NCBI RefSeq assembly: GCF_006345805.1
Contig: NC_043000.1
Span: 104,408,001 to 104,472,000, forward strand
DNA: 64,000 nt
Origin: Octopus sinensis
Taxonomy: Eukaryota
Direction: 5' to 3'
The notes under the pieces were generated by a model that searched no databases, was not told where the DNA came from, and worked only from the letters and a program-made list of their open reading frames with translations. Both the position numbers and the translations under genes were made by a program. Below are positions 1 to 14,368 of the stretch, piece by piece. Each line of letters begins with the position of its first letter. Position 1 is the stretch's first letter.

Positions 1-575
1 GAAAACCTGTTGAGGCAAGTGAAATCGAAATCAAACTCGATGACTAGCATTCGTGCTAGCGGGGTGCAAAGAGCACCATACGAGTGTGATCGTTGACAGA
101 GAGGCTAACCGGCTTCCATGCCAGTGGCACATAAAAGGCACCATTTGAGTGTGATCGTTACCAGCATCGCCTTACTGGCACTTGTACCCCGTGCAAGTAG
201 GGTGCTAAGAGCACCATCCGAGCATGATCGTTGCCTGAGCGGCTAAATGGCTTCCGTGCCGGTGGCACGTAAAAGGCACCATTTGAGTGTGATCGTTACC
301 AGCGTCACTTTACTGGCTCCAGCGCCGGTGGCATGTGCAAAATGATTCGAGCAAGGTCGTTGACAGTACCGCCTGACTGTCCCCTCTGCTGGTGGCATAT
401 AAAAGTACCCACTACACTCTAGGAGTGGTTGGCGTTAGGAAGGGCATCCAGCTGTAGAAACTCTGCCAGATCAAGATTGGAGACTGGTGCAGCCATCTGG
501 TTTGCCAGCCCTCAGTCAAATCGTCCAACCCATGCTAACATGGAAAGCGGATGTTAAACGATGATGATGATGATG
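1..575 (+). mobile_element. RTE-type LINE/SINE 3' end with internal tandem units and (GAT)n tail
   Basis: GTGGTTGGCGTTAGGAAGGGCATCCAGCTGTAGAAAC...CCCATGCTAACATGGAAAGCGGATGTTAAACGATGATGATG. The same tail recurs at about 12600, 16250, 28110, 32160, 34130, 36900, 42110, 46640, 56880 and 61100, and follows RTE RT fragments. Confidence 0.75.
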
Positions 576-2410
576 TTGCTGTTATGTGTGATACAAAGAC
601 ATATTGTATATAATCCATAAAATGCAACCACTTTGTGATCCTTCATATACATAGATTATCAGAGAGTAACTACTGGAATATCATGAAAAGGAGAGGCTTT
701 TATTTTGTTTTTGTCACTGAGCTAGAGAAAGAGGAGCAACATCTTTGATTTTTAAGGGCTTAAAGACTACTAGGAAGAAGTTATCCCTAAATGAAAGGCC
801 AGTCTTAAAAAGCTTGCAAGAGAACAGACTCTGCCAAGGGAAAACAAGGGCCAAGTAATGGGATTGTGGATAGAGTCTATCACCTGGAGGAAAGTTTCAT
901 TGGGAAGGAACGAGGGCTTGTGTAATCAACAATGTGGATGGAGTGGGTGTTCAATAGCTGTAGGAATTGTCTGAGCTAAAGAGCAGGGTATTCAGTTGGG
1001 GAGCAGAGTAATCTATGAAAAAGGGAACAAGATAATTTATATTTAAGACAGTGACAAATGGAATAGTTAGAGAAATAGAAAAGAATCAGTAAGGTGTGGG
1101 GTATGAGAAGATTTGGAGGTGGTGATGGGAATTAGTATTAAAATTAAATGTGGGAGAAAAGAAGCTGGCAGATATGTTAGACTTAAATACAGAGAGCCAT
1201 TTAAATTATTTTAATTAATTATGAGATAAGAAGGAATATTGACAGAAGTTACCAGAACATACTGTAGCACTAAACGTTTAATCACTACAGCAAGTTACAA
1301 CTCAGGACATGTTTCGGATCTGTTTAACGAATTCACAGGGTTTAAATGATCTTTTTCTATCGTTGCAGAGTTTTAGAGACAAAATAAAAAAAAAACAAAA
1401 CTGCAAGACCTCGAAGGTTTGCGGCTATAGTCAAAGCAAGCTAAATTTAAATATAATAACATCAAAACATGTAAATAACTGAGTTTTAACGAAACATTCG
1501 ATAGTAAGGAACAAGCGATGGTTTGTGTCGACATAGTAAATTACGTAGAGTTACCCCCCTTGGATTAAAAACCAAAATACCCACTCAGAGAAATGTTTTC
1601 ACGAAGTAAATCGTTAATCGGGCATTTCTGAAAAGGTGTAAAAAAAAAAAAAAAACCCTGCAAAAATATGAATGCTCAATATCAGTTAACTTCCTTTAGC
1701 ATGCTGATGTGTGTGTGTATGTAAAGCATGCTGATAAAACACTCTTACACTACTAAAGAACTTTCGCACTATGTACGAAAATTGTTCACTATCATTTAAA
1801 CATGGCATTTGTTCTTTGAAGTAATATTCATATTTACCTCAGCATAATGTTAATTTCGAGCGCAAAACTCCTAAACAAGGAAATGGGCATTAATTTAATG
1901 AATAGACAACTGGCACGTGTTATATTAACCCCGGGGGAAAGTGGTGTAGCAAGAGTTCTCATTAAAGACAATTTTTGCACTTCCATGGCATGATAAGCAA
2001 GAGGAAATTTTTCACAGTTGCACTTAGTGCGTAACTTTCCTCTTAGCCCATCTCTCTTATTATGCCTCTGCTGGAGGGATGCATAGTAAAGTCAATCTTA
2101 GAGATATCTGAACAGAGAAGTTAGCTTAAGTGTACAGACTGTTGTGTGTGTTTGTGTGAGTGAGAGATAGAGAGGGGGTTTAGAAGAATAATAGGAAAGT
2201 CTTTATCGTTGATAAACAAATAAAGTTTTACGCTAATAAAGCAGTAACTAGGTCACAACAGGTCCCAGAAAAATATTCACAAAAAACAAAAAAAAAAAAC
2301 AAAACAAAAAGGTGAAGTGGTGTGGTACATGACAGAAGAATACAATTGAAAAATGTCCATTTCCAAATGCAATTACATGTAGGATGTATGTTAGCAGAGA
2401 AACTATAAAA

Positions 2411-4130
2411 TACTAGTAGAGATGCCAGGCGTTGCCTGTGTTACATGCAATTGAAGAATTAGACTTTTCTGTTATATTTTCTCTAATGAACTGGAATACC
2501 TATGATTCGAATTTCATCAAAATTGCAGTTGAGGGTTCTTTCCCTCTTTACACACCCTAATAAAAAATTTAATCATGACACATGTATCCCATACTACTGA
2601 TCTTTATGCGCAGAATCCAAAATTCCAATCTCATGGAACCTGTTAAAAGGATTTTGCTCCTGAAAAAGGATGTCATGGAGCTCTAAAATGTGGGAGTTAA
2701 GGTCCCTATTAGGGGAGAAGTTGAATTGTTGAGAATCTTTTTATCTTGGGTCTTATATGTATTGTTCGAATTTCTTTGAAATAGAAAATACATGTATGTT
2801 CACTGGATTTGTAAAAGCGAGCAAAGCTACAGGAAACCAAAAGACGAATGATCACAATAAGCAGTCAGCTACTCTGCCCTAGTCGTTACCACTCCCAATG
2901 TAGGATTCCTCACTATACAGGTGACAAGCATAGCTGTAAGATGCATTATGGATCTATAGCAATTGGAAGGGCATGACCCAACTCAAACATTAACAACTGA
3001 GTGATGTGAGGGCTAAGGGGAAATGAAAGTGTCACCTCTGGAGTTTGCAAATGACCACTATACTGATACGTAACTGGACAGAATAAATTTACAATCTATA
3101 AATGTCTTTCAATAATAGTCTCTCATCTGGGAAGGCCTTGAAATCAATGTTACCATCGGGGGACTATGTGTGACCCAGTGATAATAAAAAGACTCAAAGG
3201 AGGTCTGCAACTAAATAACTTTACTGAACACTTTGCAACTGAATCAGTGGAGGCAAAGATGCCTCTCATTTACTTGACAATTTATGCACTGCAGAAATCA
3301 CAATCTAAGTATATCTCAAAGCAAACTCTTACACCGTTGTACCATTGAATTACAAATAATGCTCATCTTTTATGCTTGGGTGGATCTATAGATTTCAAGA
3401 GTACAACTGTATTCGTCTTTGCTTAGATAAAATGACTAAATTGTGGGTGTTAAGTCCCCATGAAGGAGTCTTTGTAACTTCCAAGAAGATGAAATTTTAG
3501 AAGTATTACTTCATTTGTGTCTAATATCTATGGTTAAAATTTCATCAACAGCAAAAATATATGAATTTTCATGGGGGTTATGGCCCTTATGCATAGAATA
3601 TAATTTCCAAATTTCATAAAGATCCATTCAGTACTTTTGACCTAGTTTTGGATCATAAAAAATGACTAGAATTTGGGAGCTAAGGCGCCCATTAGGGGTT
3701 TAGAATCCTCATGAGAAGTGGAAACTTTAAGAATACTTCTTGATGTGTGTCAATTACCCATGATTGAAATTTCATCAACATTGAAAATTTATGAATTTTC
3801 ATGGGGGTTCTACTCCCTTTAAGCCATCTCAAATTATACCCGCCCTTATGCATTGAATCTAAGTTCCAAATATCATAAGGATCCAGTCTGTAATTTTGGT
3901 CCATGAAATTGTATGAAACACACAGCATTATCCTTCTCCCTAGGCTTGGATTTTGTGTTCCAATTTCATTAGGATCAGTGCAGTAGTTTTCAAATGTATA
4001 AGTAACACACGAACACACATAAAGACATTTTCTTTTATATAATAGATATGAATATGAATGAAACTGGTTGTGTAGTTCTCAAGTTTTAGGGATTCACACA
4101 GACACACATTCTCATCTTTATATATATAGA
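2411..4130 (+). mobile_element. Possible non-autonomous Helitron-like element, decayed
   Basis: Starts TACTAGTAGAGATGCCAGGCGTTGCC (similar start at about 14833). Ends with ACAC...TTTATATAATAGAT-type termini at about 4047 and 4130. Internal direct duplication at about 3530-3650 and 3766-3900. Confidence 0.35.
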
Positions 4131-5959
4131 TGACTATAAAATAGGAGAAAGATTAAAAGCTGGAAGTTGTTATGCCATGCCATGGTTTTGACTGTCATAG
4201 AGCAGTAACTCTGAGGCAAGATTTCAAAAAGGATTGTTTTATTATGTAAAATCACTTCTTAAAAGGCTTCTAAAACATACTGAATGCACCAAAAAGTAAG
4301 AGTTTAACTGGCTGAAAAACATCATAAAAACAAAACAAACAAACAAAAAACAACAAAACAATGTGATTTACTAACATTGTCAACTGCTATGTTAGCATAA
4401 AGAGATCATGTGACTAGGAAAACTGATTTTACTATTGAGCCAAATATCAAGCATATAATCATATACTGTGATGCAAGATAGTGAGAAAGGCAATTAATAT
4501 TTATATCTTTGTGATCAAACACAGACAACATTCACCACAAAGTGATATCAAATACAAGGCACACTGTTGATTCTACCACTTATACATTTTATATTAGCAT
4601 AAAGTTGAAAATACTATCATCCAATATCCATGGTGTACTATTAGCTGGTAGACTTAATCTGCCACCCTAGCCCTTCAGATCTGTTAGTAGAGTTCACTTT
4701 GTTGCAAACATCCAAGCTAGTTCTCTGGTCTGAAGACAACTGATTTTTGAGATACTGCAGAAGGACATGGGTGCTTTTCTTCTTTTCCTGACAAAGCTAT
4801 TACAAAAATTTTATATGCAATACAAGACATAATTTAGTGAGTATTTTTCATGCTCAGAGGCTGTGAGTTCAGTTTTTAGGCATTTGTTATTGCTTATCCC
4901 AATTTGACAAAACCTATCAGGATCAAGCAAAACCTATGATAAAAATGATTCAGCTATCATTAAGTTGTTTTGCATACCAAGACATTGTCAAAGGTGTCCA
5001 ACCTTTACCAAGACAGTAGAGTATAATTTGAGTAAGATTTAGCTACTATTTCTAGAAGGTCATCCATTCATTTATACATCAATATAGCAAGTCTCAGAAA
5101 TACATTGGAACCAAACAAATTGAAACTATTCAACTTCTGCAAGAAAAAAAAAAAGATTTTTATACAATACTAGCATGTGTAAGTTTTGTTGTGAAGCTCC
5201 TATTGTTTAATGTCAAACACTGATCTTTTAAGCAAGTTTTTAACTGAGCAGAGTGAAAAGACTTTGACAAACAACAATTTGTAGTATGCCTCCAAAGATG
5301 TTATTATGTCCATTGTGAACACACTTAAGTTTTAAGTGCATCAATTCACTTAACATATATTCATATGTACATGGATATACACCTACACTCATGCACACAC
5401 AAACATACACATGCATGTAAACCACATTATATATATAAAGATATATTTATATATATATATTCACACACACATTTACAAACAAACACATGCATACATACAT
5501 CAATACACATACACACACAGGCCTCTTTGTTAGAATATCGGATTCATTGTTTTGCTGGCTTTTGCACTGAGTTCAATCCCACTAAGAACAATTTTGCCTT
5601 TCATCTTTTTGAGATTAATAAATAAAGTACTAGTTCTATATTAGGGTTAATTCTCTTTTTTTCACCCTTTCCTTCTGTTTATGTATCTCCCTTTCTGGAA
5701 GAAATCAGCTACGATCAGACCTGAGAGAGATAGGCTCAAGACACACCATATGTGACAGTAGCCTCTACAACTTCATAAAAAAGTTGAGGATCCAAAGTAA
5801 AGCTATACATATATATATATTACATAATATACATATATATATTACATATATATGCACACACATATACATGTATTTACACACACACTAATACAAGATGCAA
5901 GAGGTATTTGAGGATGTATTTAGTACTTTAAAATTTGTGCACATGTTCTCAATAAGCTT

Positions 5960-6830
5960 TCTTATAAGAATTTTCTATGAAACTACCTTCAGCTTCAATG
6001 ACTGTTTCAATGTGGGACAGGAATCATTGACATGCCTGTATGAAATGTTCCTTATTCATTTTGAATACCAGCTGGACAATAGCAGCTTTCCATGAAGCTA
6101 TCGGATTGTCAGGATGTTCATTAGTCTTCTTTTCAACAACACTTCAAACATCCATGTAATTTAAATCTAGCAAGTTTAATGTTACATGATCATAAAAACT
6201 GTCAGACATCCATTCTTTAGTTATGTGGGCTTGTGAAAAAAGTGCTAAGTTTTGTTGAAATATGTATGGCCTACTGTATCCTTCATCCATTCAGCATTCA
6301 ACAGCTGTCTCTAGTACCTCAACATATCCAAAAGCATTAATTCCAAGAACTTGTGGAAAAATATGAGGTGGCATGACATGGCCTTTATTACTCACCACTT
6401 CTAACACTATCACAGTTGCTTGAAACTTAGTATGCAAATCCTTCTGATGGGGGCATCAGAAGAATCTGCACATAACCATCTGTCAGTTCTCTTGTTAGAC
6501 TTTGGTCTTGGTCAAAGTTTTTCTCATCAGAAAAAAACCCAAAGCATGTCATGTTTTTGAGGGTTTTTAATCATGTTAAGTAACTGCTTGGCACAGACCA
6601 GTTTTCCTGTGTTTTTGCAGACATGAATTGGCTTCTCTTCTTAATATCTACAACTTGTATCAAATGTCCTCACCCACTGCAGCACTGACAGTTCATTCCA
6701 ATGCTTGAATTTCTTTTGTGATGGACCTCATTGATTTTCCAGGATCATCATTGATAATGTTTTGAATCTGCTGGATGAAACTGATGTCCTCAAAGTGTCC
6801 AAATATTTAGAATGTTTTTTTTTTTAATTT
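5960..6830 (-). mobile_element. Tc1/mariner-superfamily transposase remnant (catalytic and C-terminal region)
   Basis: Minus-strand pieces SDEKNF, VVSNKGHVMPPHIFPQ and VVEKKTNEHPDN...KAAIV...IETVIEAEGSFI, interrupted by stops and frameshifts. Confidence 0.7.
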
Positions 6831-8929
6831 TGTCTCCTTGCTACAGTTTAAACATTCCTGCTAGAGGATTCTAATTCTACCTGAACTTTGTGTACAAAAG
6901 ATCTTGCAACATTTAGAAAGCTGGCAATTTCAAAATTGCTGTGTTCTGCACATAAGGCAACAATGACTGCATGTCTTTTCATTTCTTAGGGTAACAGTTT
7001 ATATGCTAATAGGAGATCTGGATAAAAATGAGATCTTTTCGATTGGTTTGAAGGGAGTAACATACTGATAATTAAGAGTCCTCAAATACTCTGTCACCTT
7101 GTAGACAAACAAACATATATATATAAATACATACACATAGGCAGACATGACTATGGATATGGATTTCACTTTATTATCTTGTAGTTTTAAGTTTTTTCTC
7201 TCACCGCATGGCACCTCAGGCAAATTTCTTCTGTAGCTTTGGGCTAACCATTTCCTTGAAATCAATGTAGGGAAACTGTATAAAAGCCCGTCATACAATC
7301 ATATATACTTGTGTATGTATGTAGATATATGTATGCAACAAAACCTCCATAAATTAGAAACCCACACTAGAATTAGAATCCCAGTAAAGGACAATTATAC
7401 AATATCAGTGTATATCATAATACAATACTAATGTATGTTATATATACTACAAAATCACCAAAAACCAAGAACTCCTAAACAAGTTCAGCCACACAAGAAC
7501 TACAAATTTAATGAAAGGCAACTTAAAACAGCGAGAGCACAAGATACAGAAAAAGCACATCACATGCATATTCCCATCTTCAGCTACTAATGGACATCAT
7601 TATGGTTTTGATACTACATATATATGTGCATTACTTTCTTAGACAACCCTGGAAATTATCAGTATAAGATGACAGTGGTTGGTCTAAGCTAAGCCAGATA
7701 TAATTTTCCTCAGATAAAATGCAAATGGTTTTTCCCAAATGACACTGTAAACAAAATATTAATAGCTATCAGCTGTATTAGTATATTGAGTGCTTAGTTT
7801 GCTAAACCTATCAACAAATCATCAGTACACAACATACATGTTTGTGGGTGTACATGCACATGTATCTGTTTATATGCTAATGTTCTGTGTACTTGCATGA
7901 AAAACATTGAGGGAAAGAAGAATATGATGTTTATTGACATTCCTTGCTCATAAATCATCTCAGCTCTGTTTTTGTAAACAAGTGGAATAAAAATTCTACT
8001 ACTTAAAAAACAGTTAAGGGTCAGTGACATGAAGGGCACCTAGCTGTAAACTATGTCCCAATATGCATTTGTCCAACCTGTGCTTGTATGGGAAAATGGA
8101 CATAAAATGAATGAACATTTATATGTGCTTCTCTGTCTATCTATCTATACACACACATAGACATATATGCAAACACACACACACATATATACACATTAAA
8201 TTAGTGGTGTGTTTTCTTTTGTTGCTATACTGTACAACAGAATACATCTACAGAAGGTTTTTTTTTAGCCCATACTCTATGTTACAATGGATGTAAAAAT
8301 GTCTTACAAATATATTTTCATTGACAGATAGATAGTGAACAGTCATATATGCCGTACTTGAATCAGATTTCATCAGCATCTATGCGCCCTCTCTAACTAT
8401 TCTTTAACACACTGCTTATAAACCCAGTTATTAAAGGATTAGGTAAAATGGACAGACCAACATGCATACATAGCACTTTCTCGGCAGCTAATTTAAATAT
8501 TAAATAAGTGATGTGTTAACAGAGCCATAAGGTATACTTATGGGTTTACTTCTTTAAGAAACACTTTTAATGTCACATTGAAAGTAGATATTTTGGTTGA
8601 TTTACATATTTTTTGCTGTAACCAGAAAAAATGCTGCATGTATTTTTTTTCATTTCTTAGTAAGCAGAGCCTACAATGCACATTGTGACCAGCTTATTAG
8701 CACTTCTAATTTCACAAGATCTTAGTCCATTCCAAGTTTAAATTCTGTCAAGGCTGATTTTGTCTTTCACCTTTTCGAAGCCTATTGAATAAGTACTAGT
8801 CAAGAACTAGGGTTGATATAATCAACCAAATCCCTCCTCTTAAAATTACTGACTTTGTGCCAAAATTTGGAACCATTCTAATCATTGCTATTATCATTAT
8901 TAGTTGTATTGTCAAGGCAGTGAGCTTAA

Positions 8930-9130
8930 GAATTGTTACAGTGCTGGGCAAAATGCTTAGTGGCATTTCATCTTTACATTCTGAGTTCAAATTCTGCCAA
9001 GGTCGACTTTGCCTTTCATCCTTTCAGGGTTGATAAATTAAATACCAGTGAAACACTGGGGTCAATGTAATCAACTAGTCCCCTTCCCATAAATTTCAGG
9101 CTTTGTGCCTTTAGTAGAAAGGATTATTAG
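8930..9130 (+). mobile_element. SINE family B copy
   Basis: TTCTGAGTTCAAATTCTGCC-AGGTCGACTTTGCCTTTCATCCTTTC core with AGGATTATTA tail. Many copies in the window (about 5520, 11810, 17240, 22090, 35810, 53090, 54095). Confidence 0.75.
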
Positions 9131-9309
9131 TTGTATTGTCACATCATTGAAGACTGTGTCTTTGGAGTTACATGTACCACATTCCTGACAGCTTATTCAG
9201 CCTCATTTTGACTGTAGTTTGATTTTAAAATATATAAAAAAATGAATTTCATTCTTATGAGACAAAGTTAAGTAATGGTCAGAGTTTACAGGGACTACCA
9301 GATTCATAA

Positions 9310-9600
9310 TGAATAAGTAAGTAGTGGCACTCCATTGGATACAACAATGAGTGTTCCAGTTGATCTGATCAATGGAACAGCTGACTTGTGAAATTAACAT
9401 GCAAATAGCTGAGCACTCCACAGACATGTGTATCCTTAATGTAGTTCTCAGGGTGATTCAGCATGACACAGAATGTGATAAGGCAGGCAATGTGAAATAA
9501 AGTGTATTGCTCAAGCACACAACACATTACTAACATTGGAACTCATGACCTCATCATTGTGAGTCAAATACCTCAACCACTGAACCACATGCCTTCACTA
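9310..9600 (-). mobile_element. SINE family C copy
   Basis: GTTCCAGTTGATCTGATCAATGGAACAGC...GCTGAGCACTCCACAGACATG motif recurs at about 58340-58500 and 58690-58990. Confidence 0.6.
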
Positions 9601-9629
9601 TTCATAATGATGAAGCACTATATCTTTTA

Positions 9630-9790
9630 GGTGCAGGCATGGCTGTGTGGTAAGAGGTCTCTTTCCCAACCATATGGTTCTGAGTTCAGTGCCATTGCAT
9701 GGCTTTTAGGTGGGTGTCTTCTACTGTGACCCTGAGCTGATCAACACTTTGTGAGTGGATTTGATAGATGGAAGCTGAAAAAAAGCCCAT
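9630..9790 (+). mobile_element. tRNA-derived SINE family A, 5' part
   Basis: GGCATGGCTGTGTGGTAAG (A-box-like)...GAGTTCAGTGCC (B-box-like); matches the full copy at 25784. Confidence 0.7.
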
Positions 9791-9859
9791 TGTATATGTG
9801 TGTGCGTGTGTGTGTGTATACATACACACACACACACACACATATATATAAATTGAAGA

Positions 9860-10117
9860 GTATTACATATCCATTACGGCTGATCTTACCAATCAGTTTC
9901 ACACCAGGGATTCAACAGAATGTTAGGTAACAGTCCAATTATGTAACCCTGCCCTCTTCAGTGATGGTAGTAATAGAATGAAATATGGTAACAACAGTCA
10001 ACATATTTCATTCCATCTTGAGTGCAAGGTCACATAATTGGACTGTTATCTAACACTCCATTGAACCCCTACAGTGAAACTGATTGGTAAGATTGGCTGT
10101 AATGGATATATAATACT
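9860..10117. repeat. Inverted repeat (about 85 bp arms, about 80 bp spacer) of a hammerhead-bearing PLE-like unit, decayed
   Basis: TATCCATTACGGCTGATCTTACCAATCAGTTTCAC...CAGTCCAATTATGT and its reverse complement at about 10030-10110; homologous to 26177-26268. Confidence 0.7.
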
Positions 10118-11809
10118 GTACACTTCAATTAATATACTCAGTCTACTGACAAATATATGAGAGCATTTTTTGACATAGACTTTTAGATGGTTGTGTGTGT
10201 GTGTGTGTGTGCTTGTGTGTTTGCTTCTTGTTGTCTTGACATCAAGTGATAGCTTTAAGTAAGTGTCACAGCTATGCAAATGGTGTCCTTCATTTTCAAT
10301 GTTCTGAAAACATATCTAGTCATGGGTAAAAATTGCCTTACTTGGAAACAGGTGAGGGTTGGTGATAGGAAAGGCATCCAGCCATAGAAAATCCATCTCA
10401 ACAAATTCCGTCTAACCTATATGAGCATTACATATGAGAGATGGTTCAACAAATACAATCAGACAATTAATTATACATTTGACTGTGTATATATTTCAAT
10501 CTTGGGAATATACATCTCAAAGAAGATCTATTTATATAAAAAAGTTTTTTTATTCTACATTTTGTTTAGGATTAATGTGTTTATAATGAATGTCAAAATT
10601 CAACAAAGATTTTTTTGTTACAAAATAACGTATTCAGTTTAAACAGAAGAATAGTCTCTGTCCATAATGCAGGAAATTATTTTGTAGCAGATTGTCTATT
10701 CAATTCAAATACAATATCCTTTTGTATGCCTCTGTATGTGCTTAGTAGTTTGTGTTGGTTAGGCTTATAAACCATCAATCTTCTATTCCTTATGATCACT
10801 TCTACATAGCACAGTCTTTTCAACCAATCTGCAATGCTTAACTAAAAAACAATTATAACACTTAACAATTTTGTGTGCCATCTTTGAGAAGGCACCATGC
10901 TAATTTACTCTGCATCACTTCAATTTTGTTAAAACTGATACTAAAAATACTTTCCAAGATAGGATTGAATTACAACAAGCCAATCTGTCATAGTTCTGTG
11001 AAATCTTTCCAGTGAGGTTTAATATGTTCAAGCAAAAACTGAGAATATGAGAAAAATGTCATGGATTTGCGATATTGAGTGTTAGTTAAAATTGGTTGGT
11101 GTATAGAGTGGAAAAAGCTGACATCAAGGTAATGCCTATGATACTGCACAGAGCCTCCCAGATTGGCATGAGAGGGGGAGGAAGTTATCCTCAAATCAGA
11201 TATCTAGCTTGAGTAAATGCAAGAGAGTAGACTCTGCTGAAGTACCCAAGGACCAACTGGTCATATTAAGACATGCAATGGATTAACTCTATTACCCAGC
11301 TAAGACACAGCAGGGTTTGAACTCATAACCCCCAAAAAATCAAAACAAATATGGAATACCACTTTAGATTGATAATTTATCAACTCCAAGATGATGAAAG
11401 GTAGAGCTAACATTGATAGGATTTGAACACAAAATGCAAGAAGTTGAAATAAATACTTCATGGCATTTCATCTACTGCTCAAACAACTGTCAATTTGCCA
11501 GTTATTGACAGAGCAACTTAAACACAACACATCATCTAAAGGTTAAAGCCAAAAATACAAGCATTTTTCAGTCTTCATGCAGCCAAACATGTTGACAATA
11601 ATCAAACTCTCCTAGTTTTACAATCAATATTTTCAAATGTGTTCTCATTGCTTTCTTTACTACAAGCTGCTTCAACTAGAGTCAGTTCTGACCTCATTGA
11701 CACATTTAGTAGTGTTTCTAGCTACATTACATAAAATATACGTAGGCAGGAGAGCTCACAGACATGCATGTGTGTATTAAAAAATGCTTATGTGCACATG
11801 AATATGCAG

Positions 11810-12070
11810 AAATGGGTAAATGTATAGGTATATATATATTTCTTTATTGTCCACAAGGGGCTGAACATAGAGGGGACAAACAAGGACAGGTAAAAGGATT
11901 AAGTCAATTACATTAACCCCAGTGTGTAACTGGTACCTATTTAATTGACCCTGAATGGATGAAAGGCAAAGTCGACCATGGCAGTATTTGAACTCAGAAC
12001 GTAATGGCAGACGGAATACTACTAAGCATTTCACCTGGTGTGCTAATAATTCTGCCAGCTCACCACCCTA
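11810..12070 (-). mobile_element. SINE family B copy, near full length
   Basis: Reverse complement of the family B core (GGATGAAAGGCAAAGTCGACC...GAACTCAGAACGTAATGGCAGACG). Confidence 0.75.
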
Positions 12071-12870
12071 AATATATATATATGTGAGTGCTTATATTTT
12101 ATTGATTAAAATTTCAATTGTACAATATCAAATCCACCCAGAAATGTTAAAATTAACACAGGTTATCTACTATGCTACAGCCAAGCTATTACCCTTCTTT
12201 CTCATACTACTTGTGCCAATATAATAAATCATATTTCTCTTTATTGAACATTTTTTCTATACCAGCAGACATTCTGGAATACATCTGAGGTTTCATTTAG
12301 ATTGCCTTTTTACAGAAACTTCCAAATTCATAGAGTCATAGGTGGCACATCATGGGAAGATGTTGCCTCAGGTGACATCTATATTTAATTCAATGTTACA
12401 TATGTTTTATTATAAGATAGAAGTTACAAAAGTATATATGTAGAAAGAAAACATATAGAGACTTTCATATCTGTAATTCTTTAGACAAAGATTAAAAAAA
12501 TAATACAAATTTATACTTGGATGCTGTTTATAATATAATACTATAAATGGCAGTTGAGGGTTCTAGTCTTGAGAGTCACTTAGCAACTTCACAAGTAGCA
12601 CTAAGTATACACTGTAAAGTGGTTTGGGTTAGAAAGGACATCCATTTGTTGAAACCATGCCAAAACAGACGTTAGAGCATGATGCAGTCCTCTGACTTAC
12701 TGGGTCCTGTCAAACTGTCTAACCCATGGAAGATAGATGTTAAATGATGATGATAATTATGATTCATCTATACCCACATACACACAGGTATATACATATA
12801 TACATACACCTAAACATCCACATATGTATATATGTGTATAATTTTCTACTCTGTTGTGTATGTGTGTGTG

Positions 12871-12902
<32 letters not shown>

Positions 12903-14368
12903 TGTATGGTGATTGCTCCATCTTCACAGATGATTGCTGTCCCTTTGTGCTTCCTTGTTGTTAATGACACTTCTGACTTCCCATCCATGTCCTTTCTGAT
13001 GACTATTCAGTACAACTAAAGATATCTCTGCACTTCAAACTGGCTAGGTTTGCACATGTCACCACACTTCCATTGTTATAAGATTTTTAGTAGATGAAAT
13101 GACAAATGAGATCACCACCAGTAGTGGGGAAACAGTTCAGGATTTTCAGGGTTTTGAAAAGTATGGAACCACCTCTTCACCACTATTGCTTCAAGGTCTA
13201 CTCTCTCCCAGAGTATTAGCACTTGCCAGTGTGCCAGCTATAGGTTAATTTGCATGTAACTAATGACTGACCAGCCAGTCGACCAGTCAGCAAACCAACC
13301 AGCCAAGCAACCAACACACATACACATACATCCACACACGCACACATATCTGTGCATGTATTTATATATATATGTACATATATGGCTAACAATCTGTCCT
13401 CCATTCTATACTGCCCAGGTTTAGATCTTATTGAACATCCTACACCAGAGAGTGAGAACAGGACAACACTACAGAGAAGACACTTTCACCTACAGTATCA
13501 ATACAACACAGGGGAAAACAACACAGTCTTATGTCATTACTCGATTGCAGAGATTCCAATTTTTCTATTGGAGTGTTCAGCCATAGGCAATGCTGTCCCA
13601 GTAGGGTGGTCAACTAGGAACTTCATCCCTGGCCATTAGATATAGACAGAGGTGAAAGATATATATAGCAACACAATAAAGAATGGAGAATTACTCATCT
13701 TTAATTAATAGTTGACAACATATAAGATTCTGACATATATTTCTGTTATGCAGGCATGTAAGATGTTTTATTTCTGTACAACTAATTGATTCACAATTAA
13801 GTAAATCCAAAGATATACATAAGAATAACTTTTCACAAGAGTAACGTTTCCAAGGCATTCCTTCTAAAGGAAGTTGAAGAGAACTGTATGTTGTAGCAGT
13901 AGAATTAAGTGAGCAAAACACCTTACAAAGCAAGAGAACAAGAAGATAAAGGAAGGGAAGGATAGAAATGTAGATGTGGTAATGAAGTATGATATGTCAA
14001 GAATGTTAGTCACATTTAAACCAATGCTGACTGAGTGGACACTGAAAAAAAAATATATAATTTCAATTGTAATTAAGAGCAACTTTATTTAGGTCAGAAT
14101 GATTAAGCACATTGGCCACTGATTCTAAATAAAAGTAGAAATGAAAGATAGGATATTACAAGCATTAAGAGGATTTGAAAAAGAGAAGCAAATATTGTTG
14201 TCAGGGAGTAACAAGTTATAACCATAATAATAAAATTAATAATTTAAAGTAAACACAAAACAAAAATCTAAAAATTTTGTCAGAAAGATTAATAAGATTA
14301 AAATGAAAACAACAAATATAGCACCACCTCAGTAGTAGAATAGAAAACTAGCATTATTTTGTTAAAAT

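Noticed and set aside
1285-1345. Minus-strand CCGAAACATGTC resembling a hammerhead 3' half
   Set aside because: The upstream core is CTGTGA (base missing), and neither helix I nor helix II pairs.
5240-8296. ORFs rich in H/T/Y/I or C/V/Y (also at about 12744, 18491, 26815, 36499, 39495)
   Set aside because: They are translations of CA, TG and TA microsatellites, not genes.
13536-14041. Possible further exons of the minus-strand gene (14041-13927, 13933-13695, 13628 downward)
   Set aside because: Splice signals are individually plausible, but the phases cannot be joined consistently and no homology is recognisable.
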